From assembly GCF_006345805.1 (NCBI RefSeq), contig NC_043006.1, positions 85,498,001 to 85,562,000 on the forward strand: 64,000 nt of DNA, in the 5' to 3' direction. Below are positions 12,928-26,120 of the stretch, piece after piece. The position numbers and the translations under genes were made by a program. The notes under the pieces are model-generated. The model did no database searches. It was given only the letters and a program-made list of their open reading frames with translations, and was not told the DNA's origin. The stretch comes from Octopus sinensis. Taxonomy: Eukaryota. Each line of letters begins with the position of its first letter. Position 1 is the first letter of the stretch.

Positions 12928-13235
12928 ATGTTGTGCAGAAGTCTCCTTTCTGCTGTCCAAAATTTAAAGAACTGTACTTTAAGTAAATCTTTAATTTCCA
13001 ATGGCAGAAGTGTTCCTTGTCTTTCAAAGACCCCTGCTACTGGTCATCGTCACTTTGTAACTTCCAGATCAAGAGAGAGAAATAGAATCCTGGTGAAAAA
13101 AAGTTTCTGGAGACAGAGGTCTGTTGTTGGAACAGCTGTTGGAATTGTGGCTTCATCAGTTTATTATTTGTCGCTTGATGAACCAGACAGACGGAAAATT
13201 AGGGTGTCATTAGGTGCCTTTCAACGCCTCCTCAG
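12928..13235 (+). CDS. ADCK5: ADCK5 (aarF/UbiB-family atypical kinase 5) coding exon 1
   Basis: MLCRSLLSAVQNLK... is Arg/Ser/Leu-rich and resembles a mitochondrial targeting peptide, followed by hydrophobic SVVGTAVGIVASSVYYL. Acceptor TTTCAG at 12876, donor CAG|GTATGT, phase 2 fits the next exon. Confidence 0.8.
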
Positions 13236-15166
13236 GTATGTTTCATTATATGTATTACTGTCTTTTTTTCCAAAATTTTCAAATTAATATTTGAAACAGT
13301 GGATTATCATCTTCATCATCAACATCATCATCATCATATGTTTGTTTTCCAAGCTAGCATGCATTAAATGATTCAACAACAGCTGGAGAACCTAATAATT
13401 GCATCAAGCTCCAGTGTCTTCTTTGGCATGGTTTCTACAGCTGGATGCCCTTCCAAACACCAAACCTTGGTTCATAGTTCAAATCCTGTTGAAGGCAATT
13501 TTGTCTTTCCTCACCACCAGTATTATTAAATGTTCATGTTTCATGCTGGCATGGGTTGGATGGGTCCAAGGATTTTATTGTGCTCCACTGTCTTCTTTAA
13601 AATGGTTTCTATGGCTGGATGCCCTTCCTTTCATTAATCTCTTTAAATTGTTTACTGGGTGCTTTTTTTGTGCTATCATTACTAGTGATGTTGTCATTGC
13701 AGCTTGCAAGACTGTGAACACCAAGAGAGATGGCTCTATTCTAGGAGATGTGGAGGTTAAATTCTGACAGAAGGGGCCCAGAACAGAACAGGCTTCATGT
13801 TATAGAGGAGCTACATAACTACTCACACTTTAAAAGAGAGGGTGGGAATGATTGTGTAGAGCTGAGTTGTGGTGATGATATGTCTAGGTGGACCCTCAAA
13901 GCACAAGATGGGTAGAAGTGAGTGGGCCAGGAGAACCAGGAGTGTGGGTGGGTAGAAGTTACAAGAGTGAGGGTTTAAATATGATAAGTGAAGAACATTT
14001 GTTGATTAGATGATAAAGAGGGAAGAGTGGTTAAAGTTCTTCATAGTTATAGATTTAATAAAATAATTTGCATGTATTTCACTATAATTGATCCTGCTAA
14101 GATTTGAACTTAGAATCTAGCTGGATGGAATTAAATATTGTAAGGTGTTAGGCCCAGCACTTTAATTTCTATACATTATACTTCCTTCCATATAATATAT
14201 ATGACCACAAGAGAATATTAACAGTGCCAAAGCAGCATCATCATCAGCAGCAGCATCAGCAGCAGCAGCATCAGCAGCAGCATATCAATGTCCATTTTCC
14301 ATGCTTGTATTGGTCAAATGGATTTCATTGAGGCAGATTTTCTTTGGACTGTGCCCTTCCTGTTGCCAACGCTCATTGTTCTTGGGCAAGGTTATATTTT
14401 CCAAGAACATTAATGTTGAATTAATTTTATGATCTTCATCATAGTACTTGTCAGCTATTTGACTTGTCCCCATATTCAATTTTGGATGGAGCTTACCACC
14501 TACTTTGAGCTGCATTCCCAAGTTGCCTGACTCTGAGGCTAAAGAATACAGTTAATTGCTGTTGGCACTGAATTGGCCTGGCACCCACTCTGGGCAGCCC
14601 CAAATTAGAGGACTCCAAACTTAGTTGGGTGAAGTTTTAAATTAGTCTACCTAGTATGTGTTATGGAGGTCATATTTTTGCTGTAAGATCTGCAACACAT
14701 ATCTTGGAATATTCAATTCTAGTAAATTAGCTGAAACCTAAATGTTTTGATTTTAATTTTTTATTTTCAAGAAATATACCAACTTTTCTAAGGAATACCT
14801 TTTTTCTATTTAGCAAAGGACGTTATAACTTTCTTAGGATTAAAATGCTATTTCATATCTAAAATCAAAATTTCAAATCTATGTTTAAGTTCTTTACTTT
14901 GTATCTTGGAAAAGTTATTTTGCCAACAAGAAACATTCACACACTGATTCAATCTCATTTCTCTTAATATAAAAAAAAGAAGTGAAATAGAACCAATGCA
15001 TGTATTTCTAATAGGCATAATAACCTTCCCAGTGTACAACAAAATTTGTTTCAACATACCATTTCACATCAAGAATCTTGCAAATCAAATACAAAAATGA
15101 GACATTCTTTATTGTTTTTTTTCATGTTCAGTTACTGATTTGTTGCTATTCTTTTTCCTATTCCAG

Positions 15167-15431
15167 ATCTATTTATGTTGGGGCCCAAATATCTTTTCTA
15201 TATACTTGGAGATTGTATGGCTTAGATCCAGACAGTGATGAATACAGAGAAGCCATGAAATATTGCCATCAAAAAGGAGCAGAATGTCTTAAAGATGGTT
15301 GCTTGCAGAATGGTGGCGTGTATGTGAAACTTGGTCAAGGTCTGGTATCGTTGAACCATCTGTTACCCACTGAATATATCACTATATTAAGTTCCCTTCA
15401 GGATAAAGCATTGCACAGAGGTGTTAATGAG
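15167..15431 (+). CDS. ADCK5: ADCK5 coding exon 2
   Basis: SIYVGAQISF...QNGGVYVKLGQGLVSLNHLLPTEY...LQDKALHRGVNE contains the UbiB KxGQ motif. Canonical AG/GT. Confidence 0.95.
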
Positions 15432-16770
15432 GTAAGCACAAGACTACCTGAAATAAATGTTCTATACAACCTATTGAAGTTGACACACAAGTAGGTCAGT
15501 AGATCATGAACTGGAAGCATTTACCAATATCTTATTTGATAGAATTCTTCACAATATTTGTTCTGTTTTTGCAGTCATCATCATCATCGTTTAGCGTCCG
15601 CTTTCCATGCTAGCATGGGTTTGATGGTTCAACTGGGGTCTGGGAGGCCAGAAGGCTGCACCAGGCCCAGTCTGATCTGGCAATGTTTCTACGGCTGGAT
15701 GCCTTTCCTAACGCCAACCACTCCAAGAGTGTAGTGGGTGCATTTTACATGCCAGACGAGGCTGGCGAACGGCCACGATCGGATGGTGCTTTTTACGTGC
15801 CACCTGCACGGAGGCCAGGCGAGGCTGGCAACGGCCACCGGCACTGAGGCCAGTCGAGGCCAGTCTTAGTTCAAAATTCCACAAAGGTCAACTTTGCCTT
15901 TTGTTCTTTTGGGGTTGATAAAAAAAAAGGACCAATGCAGTGTGTTGGGTTGGACGAATTGTTGAGATGGTCGGGCAAATATCTTTTGGCATCTGTTCCA
16001 AGGCTTTGCTTTCTGACAGTAACACTGATGCCAAGATGTATTGGCCCAAGTTGACGGCCTTTCTCTGGGATAGAAATTGGTGATGTTGAGAGGAGAGACT
16101 TGTATGCATGGACAACTATCAGTCTTCTTCAAAAAATCTTGCCCATGTTTACAAATGCATAGTTAACATTAACTGACAGAAAATCCATGATTTCTATTAC
16201 ACTGACACTTTGAACAAGTGTCTCCTACTATAGCTCTAGGCCAAGGAAATACTTCGGAATAGATTTGGATGATGGAAACTGAAAGCAGCCTGCATATCTC
16301 TTATTATAAAAGGCAGATTTTATCTGCCTCCCTTTGGGAGTTATACAAATCTACAATATAGGATTTCTTCAATTACAATTTACCTAGCATTTTTAAGAGT
16401 ACAATGCATCGCGTCATGCCAGGTCCAGTTTTTAAAATTTAAACTCCAATTAAGCAAAATTTACAGAAAACTCACATTCTGGTGTGTGTGTCAAATGCTT
16501 TTCTTAGTCTGGTTTACACCACACGCAAATGCACACACACAGTGGGCAACGAATAAAATGAAAGTAATTCACTTACTGTAGTGAGTGATTCTTTCCACAC
16601 ATAGACACGCAAATATATAAATAAAATTGTAAGCTAACGTGCGTGTGTGTGTGAGTGTGTGTGTGTGTGTGTGAGGGTGCGTGTGTATGTGTGTGTATGT
16701 GCGTGTGTGTGAGTGTGTGACAGGAAAGTTTTTTACGACGAATATAAGACCTATATCCAAGTAGCAGAAA

Positions 16771-17036
16771 GATAAGACAGTAAGGTGTGATTTGAGGGAG
16801 ATTTGCCTGCTATTTCTACCATGTCTAGCTGCCATGTAGGGGTCTCCCTCATAGGCTCATACATACATATATACATAGATAAGACAGTAAGGTGTGATTT
16901 GGGGGAAATTTGGCTGCTATTCTACCAGGTCTAGCTACCATGTAGAGGTCCCCCTCATTGGCTCATATATATATACATACATAAGACAGTAAGGTGTGAT
17001 TTGAGGGAGATTTGGCTGCTGTTTCTACCAGGTCTG
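16771..17036. repeat. Tandem triplication of a ~105-bp unit
   Basis: ATAAGACAGTAAGGTGTGATTTG(A/G)GGGA... starts at about 16772, 16879 and 16981. Confidence 0.85.
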
Positions 17037-17392
17037 TTAGGCCTTCTCATGTAAACTCAAGCTTTCTCATGCCTTGAACATAAGACCAAAGCAGAGAATG
17101 TATTCTTTTATTCTTCTGCTTTTTCCAGCCATTGGTCTGTGGCCATGCTGGGGCAATGCCTTGAAGAATTGTAGTTTAATGAATCAACTCCAGTTTTATT
17201 TTTGTAAGCATTGTACTTATTCTATCTGTTTCCTTTGTCAAACCACAGGGATGTAAACAAACCAACATTCGTTGTCAAGCAGTGGTGGAGGACAATCACA
17301 AGCACAGACACGCACACACACACACATACATGCATACACATATACACACATACATACATACATACATATATATATATGTGTGTATATATATA

Positions 17393-17715
17393 TTGCAGCG
17401 TGGAAGGTGTTTGTAAGCCATTTCAGAAACACACAAAAACCGTTACATTCACTTCAACATTTAAATTTAATTTGCCAAAATATTTTCGTCGCTTTGAGAC
17501 CGCGACCTCTTCACTGACAAAAATATCGTGCTAACAGGTCGCGGTCTCAAAGCGACGAAAATATTTTGACAAATTAAATTTAAATGTTGAAGTGAATCTA
17601 ACGGTTTTTGTGTGTTTCTTAAATGGCTTATAAACACCTTCAACGCTGCAACTGTTTTCGTTCCAGCACACGATCTCAGATCAAGTCACTTGTTATGCAA
17701 GTACATCTTTGTAAC
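17393..17715. mobile_element. Head-to-head foldback of PLE pseudo-LTR fragments
   Basis: 116-bp arms (17393-17508 and 17536-17651, about 5 mismatches) with a 27-nt spacer. Same family as 58672-58933 and 62962-63319. Flanked by (TA)n. Confidence 0.75.
17472..17520 (-). ncRNA. Hammerhead-like motif, probably degenerate (GUGAAGA core)
   Basis: Minus strand TTGTCA GTGAAGA G GTCGC-GGTCTCAAA-GCGAC GAAA ATATT T TGGCAA. The 3-8 pair is G-G in this copy. Confidence 0.45.
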
Positions 17716-17813
17716 TATATATATATTTATATATATATATATATGTATATTGGTAAAAACAGTAAGATAACAAAAGAAAGAAAGAGACCTCAATATTATG
17801 TAAATAGAGGAAA

Positions 17814-18207
17814 TCTTTATATATAAAAGTGAGGTTGTGTGTCTGTCTCCTACGATTTAGATTCCTAACTACTCCCACATTTTGCGGTGCAGTTTAACCA
17901 AAACCGGGTATCTTATAGTCGTGATTCATATCGAGACCGTCTGGGTATTAGCGCGCGTCTACGATGAGTCTACGATTTAAAAAAAAATTTACCATCAATT
18001 TTTCCCATTTTTAATCCATTTTTGACATATATAAGGGAAGTAACTCTCTAAAATTTATTATTAAATCTCAGAACGTAAAAAGCTACAGTAACACCCCTTC
18101 CCCTTTGTGGTTAGCCATATTGAGATGGCTATTATACTTTACATCTCTAAAAATGCTTATATAATTATTTCCCTTACAAACCCGAGCAACGCCGGGCGAT
18201 ACTGCTA

Positions 18208-18208
<1 letters not shown>
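17814..18208 (+). mobile_element. Non-autonomous Helitron
   Basis: 5' end A|TCTTTATATATAAAA. 3' hairpin CCCGAGCAACGCCGGG, then 8 nt, then CTAG|T: classic Helitron termini at an A|T target. Confidence 0.85.
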
Positions 18209-18300
<92 letters not shown>

Positions 18301-18320
18301 TAGAGAGAGAGAGAGAGAGT
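18209..18320. repeat. (TA)n/(GA)n compound microsatellite
   Basis: Visible runs. Confidence 0.95.
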
Positions 18321-19268
18321 GACCACCATCATATATATATATATATATATTTTTTCATTTAGAGATAGTAGGCCCCTTCATCCCACCATATAAAAGAAGA
18401 AGAATATGAATATCAATTCTCCAATGTTAGATTATGTAGGTGTATATATATATATATATATATATATATCAATACAATTTTTTCTGATTTTTCAGATTTT
18501 CTTTCTATGCTAGGCTACTGGTTTTAAATTGATATTAATTAAATTAATATTTAGTTTATCTCCTCATTATATATATATATACAGGTGGCACGTAAAAAGC
18601 ACCCACTACACTCACGGAGTGGTTGGCGTTAGGAAGGGCATCCAGCTGTAGAAACATTGCCAGATTAGACTGGAGCCTGGTGCAGCCTTCTGGCTTCCCA
18701 GAACCCCGGTCGAACCGTCCAACCCATGCTAGCATGGAGAACGGACGTTAAACGATGATGATGATGATGATGATACACACACACACACATTTACAAGGCA
18801 GTGCTGGAAAGTTCCTGGCTTTGGGTAAAAGAAAATACAAGAGGATCAGTTAATTATGATTTTATTTAACATATTCCCTTCTCAGATTCACACACTTATT
18901 GCAGTGACCTTTCAGTTTTTCTAAACTCTGTAAAATGGGGAAATATTACCTTGCTTGGAAATAAGTCAGGGTTGATGATAGGATGGGTATCTGGCCATAG
19001 AAAATCTGCCTCTATAAATTTTGTCTGACTCATGCAAGTATGGAAAAGAGGACATTAAAACAAACAATGATTTAACATTTCTTACACTGTCTTGAAACCT
19101 ACTATAAGAATTATTCAGACAAATAATATTTCTTTTAAGACAAAGCTTAAGTTTACATTATTATCATCTTCAACATAACCCTGTTTCAGAAGCTATTGTT
19201 ACTTAACTTTATCTGATTACATTCTAGTTTTGTATGTAACAAAACTTTAATACTCATTTTTATTTCAG

Positions 19269-19409
19269 ATTGAGCAATTATTTAAAGAAGATTTTAATGC
19301 AAGTCCTTACACCATGTTCAAATATTTTGAAAAGACACCTATTGCAGCTGCCAGTTTGGCTCAAGTACACAAAGCCATAACACACTCAGGGGAAGAAGTT
19401 GCAGTTAAG
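19269..19409 (+). CDS. ADCK5: ADCK5 coding exon 3
   Basis: IEQLFKEDF...[13 protein letters not shown]...GEEVAVK contains the Ala-rich loop and catalytic Lys. Canonical splice sites, 141 nt. Confidence 0.96.
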
Positions 19410-19884
19410 GTATATTTATATAAATTCTTTATTACCCCTTGGTACCCAGTCACTCAAGAGTGCTTCTGGTTCCTATGGTACAAATTTCCTCTTTTAAAGT
19501 AATTTAAATAAAATCTCCCATCAAAATTTCATGTTAAATTTACGTTTCAAACACCAGCTTAATAAAGACAAAGATTTTTTAGTAAATTCTTCATTGTCTT
19601 CAAAGTTAATAAAAACTAGTGGTGTGTATTTCAACAGAAATATGGTAACAAAAGAATTAAGCAAAGGAGGTTAAGCCCCTTTTGATACCAAGTCACTCAA
19701 GATGTCATCTAGTTCTATGATATAATCTTCCTATTTTAAAGTAATCTAAATTAAATTTTCTGTCAAAATTTCATGTTCCAAACATCAGATTAATAAGGAC
19801 AAAGGTATTTTACAAAATTCTTTATTATTTTCAAAATTAATTAAAACTAAGGGAGCGTAATTTCAAGTAATGTATGTTAATGAA

Positions 19885-20480
19885 ACAGTTAAGACTCTTA
19901 ACGTCTTCTCAAACCAAATCATTTGATATAGTATACGGACGGTCATGATGCTGAGAGAACCGAAGGATATGGTAATCAGGCGTAACCCACCAGAGGTGAA
20001 AACAGCCAGGAAGTGGAAAGCAGAAGCAGAAACTGACAACATCTTGTCTTTTCTTACACACAGAGATATGGTGGGAGCAACGCAGAACCATTGGAAAGGA
20101 GTTGGTTTTGGTGCAGATCAGTTCAGACCGTTTGCAAGCATGATGCGGAGTGAACGCAGATCTGTTGTTAGCAACAGCGTCAAAACGTGAGAAGCAGAGA
20201 GAAGAGAGCTTCATTTGATCTGATGTGCTCATCAAGGTCAGATGACGAGATGAGAAGCACATGTTGTTGAGAGGAAAATAAGTTGGGATGAGATGTGGAA
20301 GTGGACGATATCTCGGCTGAGTTTCCTGATTTGTTCATCTTATGATGTTTTGCCATCACCTACGAATCTAGTAAGATGGAACGTCTTAGAGAATAACATC
20401 TGTAAATGTGGAAGGATCGGTACACTGAAACATATTCTTTCCAACTGTTCCTTAGCATTGAACAGGTATATATGGAGACA
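19885..20480 (+). mobile_element. HERO-like (R2-superfamily, RLE-type) non-LTR retrotransposon fragment
   Basis: RKWKAEAE...HRDMVG and YDVLPSPTNLVRW...CKCGRIGTLKHILSNCSLALNRYIWRHN, a CCHC knuckle followed by RHN. Confidence 0.7.
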
Positions 20481-21399
20481 CAACTTGTTTGCAAGACAGC
20501 TGTTACTGTTCACATGTAGGGGCAGGCATTACTGTGTGGTTAAGAAGCTTGCTTTGTAATCAAATGGTTTGGGGTTCAGTTCTACTGCACAGTACCTTTG
20601 GCGAGTGTCTTCTATGGACCTGGGCTGATCAATGCCTTGTGAGTGAATTTGGTAGATGAAAAATGTGTGGAAGCCTATCGTGTGTGTGTGTGTGTCTTTG
20701 TATCTGTGTTTGTTCTGCTACATTCTTTGACAACTGGTGTTCGTTTGCTTATATTACCTGTAACCTAGTAGCTTGACAAAAAAGATTGATAGAGTAAGTA
20801 CTATACTTTAAAAAAACTCAGAAAAAAAATTTAAGTACTGAGGGTCAATTTGTTCAGCTAAAACCTCCCAAGGCAGTGCCCCATTCCAATGACTGAAATA
20901 AAAATAAGAAATGTAAGCTATTATTAAATTAGTGTTAACTTGTGGTGACATTAATCATTTAATCATGGTTATCTACAAGTGTGTGTGTGTGTGAGGTGAC
21001 ACATCGCCTTGTTTGGTTGGTTAAAATTGTTGACATCACATTTTCATTGTCTGCTATATAAAAAAACCCCACAAAAAAAGCAAGCAAAATCTCTTTAATT
21101 CTGATGGAGACAACTACAATTAAATAAACGCTTGACATGTTTAAGAAAATCATTTGGATAATATTTCAGGAATGTGTTGGGATAAGCAAATTTGAAAAAC
21201 TGGTTTTAGTTACATGACATTTACTGCAATAATAACCATTTGTAATGTTTGACTCAAGGCTATACAGTTTTGGCAATAGAAGACAATAGATTAAAGCAAT
21301 CTTAGTACTCCATTGGTACTCTATTTTATTAATCCAGAAAGGCAGGATTTGAATTCAGAATGTATGGAATCATCATCCATCATTTTGAATCCGGGTTTT

Positions 21400-21750
21400 G
21401 TCCCCTGTTAATGGGGGTGGCCAGATCTACCTCAGTGCCATAGCAACTGCCCTCACACCATCTCACCATCTTGCCTAGTTTTGGGCGTCCTCCCTTCTGA
21501 AGCCAACCCTCCCAATCTCCTCCTCCACGTGTTCCTTCAACATTTTCCTTGGTCTACCTCACTTTCACTGTCCATTTACCTCAAACTCAAGCACCCTCCT
21601 CAGAACCTGCTCCTCATCCCAATTCAACACATGCCCATACCACTGCACTCCATTCGCCCTTGCCAGCCATTCCACTGATTCCTCCAACATCCCCCATCAA
21701 GTCCTCAGTCCTCCTCTTATCAAACAGCCTCACACCACAGAATGTAAGGA
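21400..21750 (-). mobile_element. RTE-like LINE C-terminal fragment
   Basis: Minus-strand WYGHVLNWDEEQVLRRVLEFEVNG...GRPRK with internal stops. Confidence 0.7.
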
Positions 21751-21759
21751 ATGATAATT

Positions 21760-21999
21760 AAATACCTATTTCTTTACTACCCAGAAGGGGCTAACTACAG
21801 AGAGGACAAACAAGGACAGACAAACGGATTAAGTCGATTATATCGACCTCAGTGCGTAACTGGTACTTATTTAATCGACCCCAAAAGGATGAAAGGCAAA
21901 GTCGACCTTGGCGGAATTTGAACTCAGAACGTAGCGGTAGACGAAATACCGCTAAGCATTTCGCCTGGCGTGCTAACGATTCTGCCAGCTCGCTGCCTT
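21760..21999 (-). mobile_element. tRNA-derived SINE, family B (young, near full length)
   Basis: Reverse complement of the GGCAGCGAGCTGGCAGAATCGTTAGCACGCC...GAGTTCAAATTCCGCC head and body. A similar copy is at about 37260-37490. Confidence 0.85.
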
Positions 22000-23039
22000 T
22001 AATTTAATGATAATTAAATATCACAAGGTATTTTGTCTAGTGCTCTACTGATTCTTTCAAACACCAATAATTTCTTTTTCTCATTCTGCTTTATGTGACA
22101 TAAGGAAGTGTAGGTATGGCTAAGTGGTTAAGAATTTTGCTTCCCAGCCAAGTGATGTTAAATCTAGTTCTATTGTGTGGTACTTTGGATACCTTGGGCA
22201 AGTGTCTTCCACTATAGTCTTGGCCTACAAAAGCCTTGGAAGTGGATTTGGTAGGTGAAAACTTAAAGAAGTTCATAATATATGTGTGTGTATATATATA
22301 TGTGAGCATTTGTTTCTGTCACCTTGTCTTAACCCATTAGCATTTTAACTGACCATATCTGGCCCAAATATTCTACTTGTTTTATGTTCAAATTGCATTA
22401 TTGAAATCTTGAAGCTACAAGATAATGCATGATTAATTCAAAAGAAGGGGAATAAATAAGCATTTCATTGGACAGAATAATCTGAATGCTAAAGGGTTAA
22501 TATTGTGCTTTGTGAAAAAATGGTCACACAAGTGGTGTCATTCATTTCCAACCTTCTGTGAAAAATATGTCTAGCCATGGAAAAATTTCACTTTGCTTGG
22601 AAATCTGTGAAGGCTGGTGACAGGAGGAACATCCAGCTGTAAAACTTTTGTCTCAACAAATTTTATCTAACCTATACAAGCATGGAAAAGTGGATGTTAA
22701 AACAATGACATAATTAGGAGGTGAAGAAATTCAGTTCCTAGTTAAGTGGTGATGTAGTAGTAGGTGCTACAGTGATATATGGTTGGTGTTGTAGTGCTTG
22801 TGGTAATGTAGTAGGTGTTTTGGTGTAGTTGATGGTATGATGTCTATAGAGATGTGGTGGTGTGTGCTGCAGTGCCTATAATGATGTTGAGTTCTCTGTG
22901 GAGTTCTCATTGGAATTGTTTTGCTTATTGTGTTAATATAACCAGGAAAAACATGAACATCACATGATTACATATCTCCACCCCTGTAAATACAAAGATA
23001 TATTGTTTTTACCACAAAACATCATAATTCATATCGAGC

Positions 23040-23574
23040 AAAACGCCCTGCCGTCCAATGGTTGGTGCTGAATCATATCTGCTGAATAAAAAGCAATCAG
23101 TGTTTTCTTTTCATTAAAAAATGATTAAGCATGCCTTTATTTCAATAAAAGTTTTGGTTTTGTTAAACGAAGTTAAGGCAAAAAAAAAACTTCTTGAGAA
23201 AATAGTCTTTCCTTCCTTCAAGCCAAGTTTGAAGAAAATATCTCTTTTGCATCTTACTTTTTTGGTCTCTTAAATATACTGCATTTTGTGGCATTATTTC
23301 AAGCCAGCCGGCTTTTTTTGCGCAAACTGCATGTGCATTTTTCTCACGTACATGTAGTATCGATCGCAACAGCTGATGTACTTGTGCGTACAAATGCATG
23401 TTCCCATGACTTTATCAATGACATTCTCACCTGGAATCGATTTTTGTAATTTTTTCAAGACTTATACACACCTTGATACTGTCGGTTATCTACATATCAA
23501 ATTTGAGCGCAATCGGATGGAGGATGCCCGAGATCCTAGAAGACAGACAGACAGAATGGATTTTATATAATAGA
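23040..23574 (-). mobile_element. Helitron-like fragment
   Basis: Minus-strand 5' end A|TCTATTATATAAAATCCATTCTGTCTGTC. No 3' CTAG terminus found; left boundary is approximate. Confidence 0.45.
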
Positions 23575-24119
23575 TATTGAGAAAACAATTTGATCAGAAA
23601 TACATTTATATATTTAACCTTTTCGATACTAACCTAAGACTAAGACAGCTTCTGGTACTATGATACAAACTTTCTATTTTAAAGTGATTTAATTCAAATT
23701 AAAACCTTCCTTCAAAATTTCATGTTGATTTATCTTTTGAACACCAGCTTAATAATGACAAAGTTTTTTTTTTACTAAATTCTTTGTTATTTTAAAAAAT
23801 AATTGAAACAAACAGTTTATTCCAGCAGAAATATAGTAATGAAAAATTGATGTGATCTAAATGCAAACCTGCCATCAAAATTTCATAATTTATATTCAAA
23901 ACACAGAGTTAATAATGATAAATTTTTCAGTAATTTTGAAATAATCTGAAACAATGATAATATATTTCAACAGAAACATGGTAATAAAAAGGATAATTAG
24001 TTAGTTTTTATGAAGTTTTTTACCTGAGATTTCGTTAAAATCTCTTAAAATTTTCTTTTGGCTACTGTTCTTGAATTAAAAGTATTAATGTTTCTTGTTC
24101 TGCTGTTTTTTTTTTTCAG

Positions 24120-24233
24120 ATCCAATATATTGATCTTCACGATCGATTTTTTGGGGACATTCTGACTTGTGAAATCATATTAAAGTTGATTGAATGGATT
24201 CATCCAAATTTTGGTTTTGGATGGGTATTACAG
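24120..24233 (+). CDS. ADCK5: ADCK5 coding exon 4
   Basis: [38 protein letters not shown], canonical AG/GT. Confidence 0.95.
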
Positions 24234-24295
24234 GTATGTTAAACTATACGTCAAACCTGTCTGTTTATGTGTGTTTTTATCTTTTAATCTTCCTC

Positions 24296-24332
24296 CACCA
24301 CCACCACCACCACCACCACCACCACCACCACC

Positions 24333-24364
<32 letters not shown>

Positions 24365-24366
24365 CA
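24296..24366. repeat. (CAC)n/(CAA)n microsatellite
   Basis: Visible trinucleotide run. Confidence 0.95.
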
Positions 24367-24601
24367 AATTTGTACACCTGTAAATTTAAATTATTGGATC
24401 TCAAACACTGTTTATTGTTTGCATGTTGGACTTTACCATTTGGCAATCAATAAATCTTTAATTTTCATATTTGTAAATTTACTGTTACTAGATACTGCTG
24501 TCTCCTCTTCCCACCACCTCCTCCTGGCCTGCAGGACTACCCTCTTCTTTCTTTTGTTCCAAAATTTAATTTAAAAAAAAAATTTCTTTTTGATTCTGTA
24601 G

Positions 24602-24733
24602 GAGTTGAAATCTACTTTAGCTGAAGAACTTGACTTCATAAATGAAGCTCGGAATGGTGAGAAATGTGCTGAAGATCTCAAACATCTAAAGTATGTGCAT
24701 GTACCAGTGATTGATTGGAGTTCAACCAGCAAG
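24602..24733 (+). CDS. ADCK5: ADCK5 coding exon 5
   Basis: ELKSTLAEELDFINEARNGEKCAEDLKHLKYVHVPVIDWSSTSK contains the ELDF..E motif. Confidence 0.95.
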
Positions 24734-25739
24734 GTTTGATTTATTTGTCTGTTTGTTTCTTTCTTTCAACATCATCATCATCACTTTTTCATGCTTGCAT
24801 GGGTTGGACAGAACTTTGTTGAGTTGTAATTTCTATGGCTGGATGCCTTTCCTCTCACCAACCTTTATTTGTTTCCAAGTAAGGTAATATTTTCCCCCAA
24901 ACCAGACATGTTTTCAACGAGGATTGGGGATGAAGCATTTTGCTTGCATGGCAGGGACATTCATTTAGAGTTATCATGTGATGTCAAGGAGACAGTAACA
25001 TACACACATATATACATAAAGGCTTCTCTCAGTTTTCATCTGCAAAATTCACTCAGAAGGCTTTAGTTGGGTCAGGATTATCTGAAGTGTCATGCAGTGG
25101 GCTTGAACCCAGAACCAAGTGGTTGGAAATAAAATTTCTTACCACACAGCCAAGCCTGTGTCTGATTATTTATGAGGTGTGGCTGAGAATCACACAGTTT
25201 CAGGTTCAGTCACACTCCATGGCCCCTTAGGCAAGTGTTTTCAACTATAGCTCTGGGCTACCCAAAGCCTTGTGAGTGGATTTGATAGATAGAAACTAAA
25301 AGAAGCCCATCGTATATATGTGTGTGTATACCCTTGTCTTGACCTCAGCCAATAGCCATCATATGATGGCTGTTAGCTGCAAATGTGTGTCACTATCATA
25401 CAAACAGTGTAATTTATTTCAAGTATTCCGTGAAAACATGTCTGGCTGTAGGGAAATATTACTTTGCTTGGAAACAAATGAGATTTATGCAACAGAAAGT
25501 GCATTTGATTGTAGAAAATTTGCTACATTAAACTGTGTCAAACCCATGCAAGTATGGAAAAGAGAACATTAAAATGATAATGATGATGATTTTAACTTTT
25601 TTTTTGTTTTTTTTGTTATTGTAATAGTCTGCTAAATATTAGAATTATTCATTCTAAGCTAGTGGCTCTGGTTCACCATGGATTTTCGAAATATAATGTA
25701 ATATAATATGTAATTATTGTATACAGTGCTCAGGTGCAC

Positions 25740-26120
25740 CACAACTTGTCAAAAGTGCATATAAAGTGTATGCAGTAATGTACAAATGTCTGGAAAGCGA
25801 ACAGTGTATGAGTCAGATACATGCTTGCATGTGTATGGAGGGGAGAAAATCAGGTGTAGTGTTGGCGAATCTCAGGAAGCATGGAAGTTTTGAAGGATGC
25901 AGTGCTCCGACAACTAACAACTGATGCCGGCAGTTTGTTCCATGCTTCAGCAATTCTTAGCGTGAAAAAATGTTTCCGAAAGTCATGGGAGCTGTGCTGT
26001 TTTCTGACTTTGTAAACATGTCCACAGGTGTTAGACAGGTGGAGTTTGAAAAGGTGCTCAGAGTTATTGTTTGTACGATGGTTAATAATTTTATGGGTGT
26101 CTGCCAAGTCAGCTGCCAGA
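25740..26120 (-). mobile_element. CR1-clade LINE 3' fragment
   Basis: TCGHVYKVRK...DFRKHFFTLRIAEAWNKLPASVVSCRSTASFK matches the CR1 ORF2 C-terminal pattern. Confidence 0.8.
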
